Below, one piece after another: positions 18,231-25,697 of a stretch of 64,000 nucleotides of DNA. Source of the stretch: a virus (taxonomy: Duplodnaviria > Caudoviricetes). Below the pieces are notes generated by a model. It ran no database searches. It worked only from the letters and a program-made list of their open reading frames with translations, and had not been told where the DNA came from. Positions within the stretch are counted from its first letter, which is position 1. Each line of letters starts with the position of its first letter. The DNA is taken from the IMG/VR virus record IMGVR_UViG_3300016665_000195, positions 2,150-66,149 of that record. One strand, 5' to 3'. The translations under genes and the position numbers were made by a program.

Positions 18231-20012
18231 ATGGCAAATCACAACTCGTGGGCGGCGTCTGCGGCATCTCGCCGGCAGACCGCGATAGACAAATTCTGGA
18301 AAACTGTTGAGTCCTTATGGCCGAACGAGTACGACTACTCCAAGTTCGAGTACTTGGGAGCTACGACAAAAACCGTCGTCACGTGCAAGCGGCACGGAGA
18401 TTTTGTTACGCGCCCGACCTATTTGGTTAACGGGAACGGGTGCCCCTCGTGCGGGCGCGATAAAGTTATAGCTGCGGCAACTCGCAAACTTCTTGGGCTA
18501 GATGCATTCATCGAAAAAGCCCGAGAGGTGCACGCCGGCCGCTACACCTACCCCGAGCAGCCGTACACGAGCACCAAAACTAAGCTCCGGATAGAGTGCC
18601 CGACCCACGGGCCGTTTTTCCAGAAGCCTAACCATCATTTACGCGGGCAAGGCTGCCCCGAGTGCGCTAACGACGCCAAGCGTGCGCATAACGCGACGAT
18701 TGGTGTGCTGGCCAAGGAAGGGCTCCTAGCCCGACTTCGAGGTGTAAACCCTCGTTGGACGTACGATATTTCGTCGTTCAAAGGTATGGCGAAGCCTTTA
18801 CAGTGTGTCTGTGCAGCTCACGGTGCGTTTTCTGCAACCCCGAACAACCTGTTGGCCAACTCTGGTTGCGTGGGTTGCGGTAAAGAAAAGCACACCGCCG
18901 CACAGCAAGCACGCCGGTTGACGCTAGCGGAAGTAGCCGAACGCGGGCGGAAGGTGCATGGAGACCGCTTTACGTACTTGCGAGTGGAGCACACCCCTGC
19001 GGGGGCTATGGTTGTAGGCTTGTGCGTAAAGCACGCTCTTGAATGGCGGCAGGCCGCCGCTGACTACGCCACCTACAACCCCTGCACGCGGTGCAACCAC
19101 ATGAAGTCCTCCGGGGAGGATGCAGTTTTCCGGTACGTGAGCATGTTTACCGGTGCCGTAGCGCGCGACCGCACGCTGATCGCACCTAAAGAACTGGACA
19201 TCTACCTGCCGGATCGGGCGTTGGCGATCGAGTACTGCGGCGAGTATTGGCATAGCTACGGCGATGCCGACGCCGAGCGTCGTGGCAAGCGCAAGCACTT
19301 TGAGAAGTATCAGGCGGCGCGCTCCAAGGGCGTACGGCTGCTGACGATCTACGAATCCGAGTGGCTGTCTCGACCGAAGGCAATCCGTCGGCTGCTGCGA
19401 AATGCGCTTGGCAAGGGGCGCGGGAAGCTGATGGCTCGCAAGTGCACGCTCGGCAGGCCCTCGCTGGAAGAGGCACGCGCCTTTTACGAGCGCTACCACC
19501 CGCAGGGAGGTGCCGGGTCCGGGGAGCACTTCGGGCTGTACTGGCGCGGAAAACTGGTGGCCTGCATGCGGTTCACGTTCGGGGCGAACGACCGGGGTAT
19601 GGGCGCGGTTCAGCGCGTCTGGACGCTCACGCGGTTCGCAACTCGGGTTACGGTAGCCGGCGGCGCCTCGCGGCTCTTCAAGGCTTTCGTGGCCGAGTTC
19701 AAACCGGCACGGGTCAAATCGTTCTCCGATAACCGATACTTCGACGGCGGAATGTACGCGCAACTGGGGTTCGTGCTGGAAGCAGAATCCCCGCCGGACT
19801 ACCAAGTCTGGAGTCAGAAGCTTGGCCTGCGCCCGAAGGCGCACTACCAGCGCCGTGCGATCCCACAGCGGCTGCTTGATCACGGTATGCAGGAGCCGTT
19901 CGATCCTGATGCGGATCCGCGTTCGGAAGCTGATATGACCTATTTGATGGGCGCGCGTCGGATCTTCGACTGCGGTAAGCGGCGGTGGCTCTGGACTGCC
20001 CTTGACGCTTAG
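18231..20012 (+). CDS. Hef-like free-standing endonuclease: Zn-ribbon repeats + Vsr/PD-(D/E)XK-like nuclease + GNAT-like C-terminus
   Basis: Repeated CxxHG.F...GCPxC units; ELDIYLPDRALAIEYCGEYWHS; C-terminal YERYHPQG...GLYWRGKLVACMRF...LTRFAT...GGASRLFK...SFSDNRYFDGGMYAQLGF. Confidence 0.75.
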   Translation: MANHNSWAASAASRRQTAIDKFWKTVESLWPNEYDYSKFEYLGATTKTVVTCKRHGDFVTRPTYLVNGNGCPSCGRDKVIAAATRKLLGLDAFIEKAREVHAGRYTYPEQPYTSTKTKLRIECPTHGPFFQKPNHHLRGQGCPECANDAKRAHNATIGVLAKEGLLARLRGVNPRWTYDISSFKGMAKPLQCVCAAHGAFSATPNNLLANSGCVGCGKEKHTAAQQARRLTLAEVAERGRKVHGDRFTYLRVEHTPAGAMVVGLCVKHALEWRQAAADYATYNPCTRCNHMKSSGEDAVFRYVSMFTGAVARDRTLIAPKELDIYLPDRALAIEYCGEYWHSYGDADAERRGKRKHFEKYQAARSKGVRLLTIYESEWLSRPKAIRRLLRNALGKGRGKLMARKCTLGRPSLEEARAFYERYHPQGGAGSGEHFGLYWRGKLVACMRFTFGANDRGMGAVQRVWTLTRFATRVTVAGGASRLFKAFVAEFKPARVKSFSDNRYFDGGMYAQLGFVLEAESPPDYQVWSQKLGLRPKAHYQRRAIPQRLLDHGMQEPFDPDADPRSEADMTYLMGARRIFDCGKRRWLWTALDA

Positions 20013-20030
20013 GCGTTGCTCAGTTATAAC
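20002..20030 (+). promoter_or_regulatory. sigma70-type promoter at the end of the endonuclease gene
   Basis: TTGACG-N17-TATAAC. Confidence 0.65.
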
Positions 20031-20050
20031 GGGTAACCGAGATAACCCCC

Positions 20051-20106
20051 CACCCGCCGACTGACTCGGCAGACCGCTCCTCACGGACTGCGGGTGTAGA
20101 CTGAGG
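20051..20106 (+). ncRNA. structured cis-RNA with pseudoknot (candidate Mu-gpT-DE-like motif)
   Basis: P1 CACCCGC(20051-57)/GCGGGTG(20090-96); inner hairpin GCCGA-CTGAC-TCGGC; CCTCA(20079-83) can pair with TGAGG(20102-06), the SD of the next gene. The family name is from recall of a motif found downstream of gpT capsid genes and is not verified. Confidence 0.5.
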
Positions 20107-20114
20107 TAACAGTT

Positions 20115-20585
20115 ATGTTTGCGACTTTCTCCGGCCCAGTTCGCTCCGGTACCATCCGTGAGGGTGCTGCCCGCAATACTGGCCTTGTGGTGCTTTCGCA
20201 GTCGTACGACACGGGCACCGTGGTCGCGGCGCAGGGCAACGTGGACGTGCAAGCGTTCAACATCCCGCAGGGCTCGCAGATCCTCGACATCACCGTCGAT
20301 CAGGTCGTGGTGCCTAACGGTTCGTCGACCTCCACCGTGTCGGTAGGTACGGCTTCGGGCGGTGCGCAGCTTATGGCTGCGGTGGTTACGACCGCTGGTG
20401 GCCGGTTCCGGGGCACTCCGACGGCTGCGACGCAGCTTGCGTGGCAGACCTCCACCACGGCGGACACGTCGGTGTTCGTGCGCTACGCGATCGGTACGGC
20501 GGATGCGACGGCGGGCCGTGCGATCGTCACGGTGACCTACGTGCAGCGTGCTCCGAACGGTGCGCAGAACCCGGTTTCGGCCTGA
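20115..20585 (+). CDS. virion structural protein (head-associated)
   Basis: MFATFSGPVRSG N-terminus typical of the gene following gpT-type MCPs. Confidence 0.75.
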   Translation: MFATFSGPVRSGTIREGAARNTGLVVLSQSYDTGTVVAAQGNVDVQAFNIPQGSQILDITVDQVVVPNGSSTSTVSVGTASGGAQLMAAVVTTAGGRFRGTPTAATQLAWQTSTTADTSVFVRYAIGTADATAGRAIVTVTYVQRAPNGAQNPVSA

Positions 20586-20592
20586 TCGTTGA

Positions 20593-20614
20593 GCCTCACC
20601 CGGTTGGGTGAGGC
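20593..20614 (+). other. intergenic hairpin
   Basis: GCCTCACCC-GGTT-GGGTGAGGC, no U-tail. Confidence 0.5.
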
Positions 20615-20625
20615 GGGAGTTCTGC

Positions 20626-20880
20626 ATGGCTAAGACGAACTACTCGCCGACCTTCCCGATGTTCCCGGGCGGCGCGGTGGCGGTCACGCCCAGTGATACC
20701 GTCAACCTTGCCAACCCGAGCGTGATCTACGTGGGGGTCAGCGGCAATGTGAAGGTCACGACTGCGCAGGGGGACGAGGTTACGTTCACGGCGGTGCCGG
20801 CTGGTGCCGTGATCCCGGTGCAGGTGCTGCGCGTGTGGGCGAACGGTACGACCGCGACCACGATGGTCGCCATCTACTGA
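20626..20880 (+). CDS. head spike base protein (RcGTA Rcc01079-like)
   Basis: GAVAVTPSDTVNL...IYVGVSGNVKVTT...VTFTAVPAGAVIPVQVLRVWANGTTAT. Confidence 0.75.
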   Translation: MAKTNYSPTFPMFPGGAVAVTPSDTVNLANPSVIYVGVSGNVKVTTAQGDEVTFTAVPAGAVIPVQVLRVWANGTTATTMVAIY

Positions 20881-20881
20881 G

Positions 20882-23134
20882 ATGACTCTCGGCTTCGGGT
20901 TCGGCCTTCCCCGCAGGCGGTTCGCAGGCGGCTGGTCGCCGTCTGCCCTGTTCACGTTCGGCGAGCAGGGTGCGTGGTACGACCCAAGTGACTTAACCAC
21001 GCTCTTCCAAGACGCCGCAGGCACTACGCCCGTGACAGCCGTCGAGCAGCCGGTGGGGTTGATGCTGGATAAGTCGCGGGGGCTGGTGCTTGGGCCGGAG
21101 CTTGTCACGAATGGAGATTTCGCGACTGATACGTGGTGGACAAAAGGATCGGGTTGCACAATTGCCGGGGGTCTTGGCGTCGCTACCGCTGCGCCAAACG
21201 GTAGTGGCTGGTATCGCCTAAACTTTTTAACAATTGGGCGGTATTACGAAACGACGTTCACCGTGGTTTCCTGCTCGGCTGGTGGGTTTCGGATTAGATA
21301 TTTCGGAACCAATACTTCGGCTACGTACTCAATCCCCGGAACGTATACGGCAAGGATTCTTGCCGATACTACAGGTTTTGTAATTGAGACGGTCGGCACC
21401 ACGACCGGCACGATAGATAATGTGTCGGTCAAGGAAGTTACCGGCAACCACGCCAGCCAAACCACCGCCGGATCGCGCCCCTTGCTGTCGGCAAGGTATA
21501 ACCTGCTCACGCAGACCGAAAACTTCTCAAACGCGGCGTGGACTGGGCTGTATCTTACGATCACAGAAAATGCGGGTGCGGCTCCGAATGGAACCAATAC
21601 CGCAGATTTGCTTACGTGCAATGCGGAAAATTCACCTTATCGAACGCAAACCTTTTCCGCACTAGCAAACACGAAGTACACTTTTTCCTTGCGGGTAAAG
21701 GCCTCGAACCATAATTTCGTTGCCTTGAATATATCTGATGGCGCGACATTTAATTATTATGTGTCGTGGAATCTGAGTACGCAGGCACTGCTTCGCAAGG
21801 ACACGCAGCTTACTGACGAGGCCATTTCAAGTTTAGGTGACGGCTGGTACTCGTTGAAATGTTCGTACACGTTTGCGACCGCGGCAGCTAATGCAAACGT
21901 CGGCGTGTTCCTTGTCGCGTCGAATGGCCTGAAACAAGCCATCTCGGTAAACCAAGCGATCTTCGTCTGGGGTGCCGACCTCCGGGTCGCCAACGAACCC
22001 GCCGCGCTCCCCGCGTACCAGCGGGTCACCACGTCCACCGACTACGATACCGTCAACTTCCCGCCGTATCTGCGGTTCGACGGTTCGGATGATTCCCTCG
22101 CGACGGCGAGTATCGACTTCAGTGCAGGGCCGACGAACCCTCCGGTTGGTCCGCAGTTGGTCACGAACGGGGACTTTGCTGTTGACTTGTCCGGGTGGCC
22201 GACCAATGTTGGCGCAACATGGGCGACAGATGGTGCTTTGCTGACGGCAGCTACGGCATCTGCCCAACTGGCGCAGGGTTTTAGTACCGTGGCCGGGCGT
22301 CTTTATAAACTGGATTACCAGTTTGTATCCGGTAATACCGGCAACAGTATTTTGCGAGTAGGTACTTCTGCTAACGATGCCAGCATCCTTAACCTTGGGA
22401 TGAGTGCTGGCGCCGGATCGTTTTCGCGGTACTTCTTTGCCACTGGGGCGACAACGTGGGTGACGCTGTTCGTTAATTACCCCGGCGTAAGCATCACTGG
22501 AAAATGGGACGGCATCTCCGTCCGCGAAGTCGACGCCGCCTACGCGCCGGACAAAATGACGGTGTTTGGCGGGTATCGTCGGCTGACGGACGCTGGGCCG
22601 CTTATCTTGGTAGAACTCTCGGCAAGCGCGGTGACGAACGCCGGTTCGTTTGCGTGGGTCGTGCCTGATTCGGCAGTCGCTCGCGGGTCTTACAACCTCA
22701 ACGGCACGCTGCTGACTGCGCAGACAGATTCGCTGACCGCGTCGGCCCCTTCTACGTTGGTTGCCACTACGCAGTACGACATTGCGCAGTCCACCAGTGC
22801 GCAAGAGATCGTTGTTCGGCTCAACGGTACTGCGGCAGCTACGGCGACGGCGGGCAACGGGAACGCAGGCACCGGAACCTTCGGCAATTACCCGCTGTTC
22901 ATTGGTCGCCGCAACAACGCGACGCTCCCGTTCTCGGGTAGGTTGTTTAGTCTCATCGTCCGAGGTGCCGCCACCTCCGCTGCGGACATCAACAGCGCCG
23001 AGGGCTACGTCGAGACCAAAACGTTCGGCAAGGATATGTCGATCCAATACTTTGAAGAAGTCCAGACCGCGACGGGCGATGCCGTGACGACTGCGACGGG
23101 CGATTCGGTGTTCGTGTACCAACAATACGTGTAA
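20882..23134 (+). CDS. head spike/fibre with two CBM-like inserts and a LamG-like domain
   Basis: MTLGFGFGL...WYDPSDLTTLFQDAAGTTPVTA; duplicated ELVTNGDF/QLVTNGDF modules; C-terminal LFIGRRNN..LPFSGRLFSLIV. Confidence 0.7.
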   Translation: MTLGFGFGLPRRRFAGGWSPSALFTFGEQGAWYDPSDLTTLFQDAAGTTPVTAVEQPVGLMLDKSRGLVLGPELVTNGDFATDTWWTKGSGCTIAGGLGVATAAPNGSGWYRLNFLTIGRYYETTFTVVSCSAGGFRIRYFGTNTSATYSIPGTYTARILADTTGFVIETVGTTTGTIDNVSVKEVTGNHASQTTAGSRPLLSARYNLLTQTENFSNAAWTGLYLTITENAGAAPNGTNTADLLTCNAENSPYRTQTFSALANTKYTFSLRVKASNHNFVALNISDGATFNYYVSWNLSTQALLRKDTQLTDEAISSLGDGWYSLKCSYTFATAAANANVGVFLVASNGLKQAISVNQAIFVWGADLRVANEPAALPAYQRVTTSTDYDTVNFPPYLRFDGSDDSLATASIDFSAGPTNPPVGPQLVTNGDFAVDLSGWPTNVGATWATDGALLTAATASAQLAQGFSTVAGRLYKLDYQFVSGNTGNSILRVGTSANDASILNLGMSAGAGSFSRYFFATGATTWVTLFVNYPGVSITGKWDGISVREVDAAYAPDKMTVFGGYRRLTDAGPLILVELSASAVTNAGSFAWVVPDSAVARGSYNLNGTLLTAQTDSLTASAPSTLVATTQYDIAQSTSAQEIVVRLNGTAAATATAGNGNAGTGTFGNYPLFIGRRNNATLPFSGRLFSLIVRGAATSAADINSAEGYVETKTFGKDMSIQYFEEVQTATGDAVTTATGDSVFVYQQYV

Positions 23135-23143
23135 AGGCAGACC

Positions 23144-24157
23144 ATGCCGCAAAGTTTGGATAACCTCTCGGTAACGTGGAACAGCGCCGGAACCACGTTC
23201 ACCGCCCTGAAGTTCTCGGTAACCGACACCGCCTCGGCCGCCGGCTCGCTCCTCATGGACCTCCGCGCAGGTGCGGCGGGGACGACGAGCCTTTTTCGAG
23301 TTACGAAGCAAGGTGATGTTGCGGTTCAGACCACGGTTCGTACCCCGACAAACGATGATTTCGGCATCACCAATACGGCATCGGGCTACCACCTTAGCGC
23401 GGGCTCAACCACGGCTCCGTTTATTCAGGTCGGCGGGGTCGGAACCCATTCGATTCGGATTCGGTCAGACGGGGCGTTCCAGTGGTCGAACGGAACTAAC
23501 GCTTCCGGGACTGCGGACGTTGCTCTGTTCCGCGACGCCGCCCAAACCCTCGCCCAGCGCAACGGCACGAACGCCCAGACCTTCCGCGTCTACAACACGT
23601 TCACCGACGCGTCGAATTACGAGCGCGGGAAGATCGAGTGGGCGAGCAACGTCCTGCGGATCGGCACGGAAAAGGCCGGCACCGGCACGGCGCGTGCGCT
23701 GGAGTTGCAGACGGATGGGACTACGCGGGTCACGATCGCGGCAAATGGCGCGGTAACAGTCGCCGGAGATTTCACAGCAAATAGCGTCGGTGGAGGCGCT
23801 GGAGTGGCAGTCAACTCTGGCGGCTACTTTGCGTTTAGCTCACGCGGCGGAGTTGATTCGTCGGCGGACGGCGTATTTAGGTTACGAAACAACGCAAGCA
23901 GTGACTTTGGTCGACTCCAGTTTGGCGGCACGACCTCCTCGTTCCCGTCGATCAAGCGCAACGGCACCACGCTGCAGGCCCGGCTGGCAGACGACACCGA
24001 CTTCGCGACCTTCGACGGCATCCTGAGCATGGAGGGCACCGCGCCTGCCACCACAGGAGCGACCGGCACCGCTGGCGAACTGCGCTACGACGCCAACTAC
24101 CTGTACGTCTGCACCGCTGCCAATACGTGGAAGCGGGTTGCGATCGCCACTTGGTAA
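23144..24157 (+). CDS. fibre protein
   Basis: Beta-rich Gly/Thr/Ala sequence; C-terminal GTAGELRYDANYLYVCTAANTWKRVAIATW. Confidence 0.7.
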   Translation: MPQSLDNLSVTWNSAGTTFTALKFSVTDTASAAGSLLMDLRAGAAGTTSLFRVTKQGDVAVQTTVRTPTNDDFGITNTASGYHLSAGSTTAPFIQVGGVGTHSIRIRSDGAFQWSNGTNASGTADVALFRDAAQTLAQRNGTNAQTFRVYNTFTDASNYERGKIEWASNVLRIGTEKAGTGTARALELQTDGTTRVTIAANGAVTVAGDFTANSVGGGAGVAVNSGGYFAFSSRGGVDSSADGVFRLRNNASSDFGRLQFGGTTSSFPSIKRNGTTLQARLADDTDFATFDGILSMEGTAPATTGATGTAGELRYDANYLYVCTAANTWKRVAIATW

Positions 24158-24169
24158 CCGGAGCCCCAC

Positions 24170-24649
24170 ATGATTACCGTCATCATCGACAACGACCTGC
24201 GCGAATCGGGCGTCACCGCCGCAGCCAACGCCTACAACGCCGGCCTGCCGGAAGGCAGCACGCCGCTCACCCCCGAGCAGTACGCGCAGATGGTCATGGA
24301 CAACGCAGCCGACTCCTATGTTCGGCAGTTCAAGGTCGGAGTCGTGTCCTCCGGCGACTTCGTCCTGCGGTTCACCCCCGAGGAGTACGGCGCGATCAGC
24401 GCGGCCTCCACCACCGATCCGATCATCGCAGGGTTCCTTGCGCGCGTGCGCGAGTCGCAAGAGGTTGTCCTGTACTCGGTAGAGGTTAAGAGCGGCATGG
24501 AATACCTCGTCGCGCAAAACCTGCTGACGCAGGAGCGTGCGGATGAAATCCTCGAATTTACCGTGACGCCCACGCCGGTCCCGCAGCCGCCTGCGCCGCC
24601 CACCCCCGAGCCCACCCCCGAGCCCACCCCCGAGCCGACCCCGGAATGA
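24170..24649 (+). CDS. fibre-associated protein with (PEPT)n tail
   Basis: LRFTPEEYGAI...VKSGMEYLVAQNLLTQERADEIL, chaperone-like; Pro-rich tail. Confidence 0.65.
   Translation: MITVIIDNDLRESGVTAAANAYNAGLPEGSTPLTPEQYAQMVMDNAADSYVRQFKVGVVSSGDFVLRFTPEEYGAISAASTTDPIIAGFLARVRESQEVVLYSVEVKSGMEYLVAQNLLTQERADEILEFTVTPTPVPQPPAPPTPEPTPEPTPEPTPE
24599..24646 (+). repeat. 12-bp tandem repeat (CCCACCCCCGAG)x3 plus one degenerate copy
   Basis: Read directly; encodes PTPE repeats. Confidence 0.9.
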
Positions 24650-24804
24650 AGATCGAACTTACCCAAGACGAAGCCCGCGCCCTGATCGGGCTGCTCGACG
24701 TTGCCGTCAAAGCCGCTGGCCTGCAGGCCGCGCAGGCTGCGCTGCCGATCGCGATCAAGGTGCAGACCGCACTGGACGAAAAGCAAGATCCCACCTCGGA
24801 GTGA
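24646..24804 (+). CDS. small helical protein (52 aa)
   Basis: Manual translation MKIELTQDEARALIGLLDVAVKAAGLQAAQAALPIAIKVQTALDEKQDPTSE; ATGA overlap. Confidence 0.7.
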   Translation: MKIELTQDEARALIGLLDVAVKAAGLQAAQAALPIAIKVQTALDEKQDPTSE

Positions 24805-24806
24805 TC

Positions 24807-25061
24807 ATGGCGAAGACGCCGGCTTGGCAACGGGCTGAAGGGAAAAACCCTGCTGGCGGTCTCAACGCCAAGGGCCGTGCGTCCTACAAGGCGCAAACCG
24901 GAGGCACACTGAAACCTCCTGCGCCGAATCCGAAGACCGAGGCGGATGCGAAGCGGCGCAAGTCGTTCTGCGCGAGAATGTCCGGAATGCCCGGGCCGAT
25001 GAAGGACGAGAAGGGCAAGCCCACTCGCAAGGCGCTTTCGCTGAAAGCATGGAAATGTTGA
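24807..25061 (+). CDS. small basic conserved phage protein (DUF6321-like)
   Basis: MAKTPAWQRAEGKNPAGGLNAKGRASY...RRKSFCARMSG...RKALSLKAWKC. Confidence 0.8.
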   Translation: MAKTPAWQRAEGKNPAGGLNAKGRASYKAQTGGTLKPPAPNPKTEADAKRRKSFCARMSGMPGPMKDEKGKPTRKALSLKAWKC

Positions 25062-25438
25062 CCTGCACCCGGTGCAAGGAGCAGAAACCGGCCACCGCCG
25101 AGTTCTTTCCGTTGCACAACAAAAAACGGAACGGGCTGGATAGCTGGTGCCGTGGGTGCCGTGCGACGTACCGCAGCGAAATCAATCGCGGGAAGTTTCG
25201 GTCGGTGATGTCGGACGAACTGCTTAAAGAAATTAAGCGCGACATCACGCAATGCGTCATTTGCGGGGACGACGGCCCGCTGGTGGTAGACCACTGCCAC
25301 AAGACTGGCAAGGTGCGCGGCATGCTGTGCAACCACTGCAATCGCGGGTTGGGGCATTTTCGGGATGATCCCGAGCTTCTTGAGTTTGCGGCAGAATACC
25401 TGCGCGAGATGAGCGCGGTGTTGGACGAGAACTGCTAG
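25049..25438 (+). CDS. recombination endonuclease VII-family (His-Me finger) endonuclease
   Basis: CVICG...LVVDHCHKTGKVRGMLCNHCNRGLGHFRDDPELLEFAAEYL; N-terminal CxxC...CxxC. Confidence 0.9.
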   Translation: MEMLTCTRCKEQKPATAEFFPLHNKKRNGLDSWCRGCRATYRSEINRGKFRSVMSDELLKEIKRDITQCVICGDDGPLVVDHCHKTGKVRGMLCNHCNRGLGHFRDDPELLEFAAEYLREMSAVLDENC

Positions 25439-25449
25439 ACCGGTGATCT

Positions 25450-25689
25450 ATGGAGATGATGCTGTGGAATGCAGTCCTCACCGTCCTGTTTGGCGTGCTG
25501 GCCTACTTGATGCGTGACAAGTTCGAAGAACTGAACCGTCTCGGGATCCTGCTGAACCGGACCCGGGAAGAAGTTGCGCGCGAGCACATCACGCGTACGG
25601 AGTTTCGGGCCGACATGCAGCAACTGATCGACCGGTTCGATCGGATCGAGCGTAAACTTGACCGACTGAACGAGAGCGGCAAGGACTGA
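25450..25689 (+). CDS. membrane-anchored coiled-coil protein
   Basis: N-terminal TM helix followed by ITRTEFRADMQQLIDRFDRIERKLD. Confidence 0.7.
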   Translation: MEMMLWNAVLTVLFGVLAYLMRDKFEELNRLGILLNRTREEVAREHITRTEFRADMQQLIDRFDRIERKLDRLNESGKD

Positions 25690-25697
25690 TCACCGGT

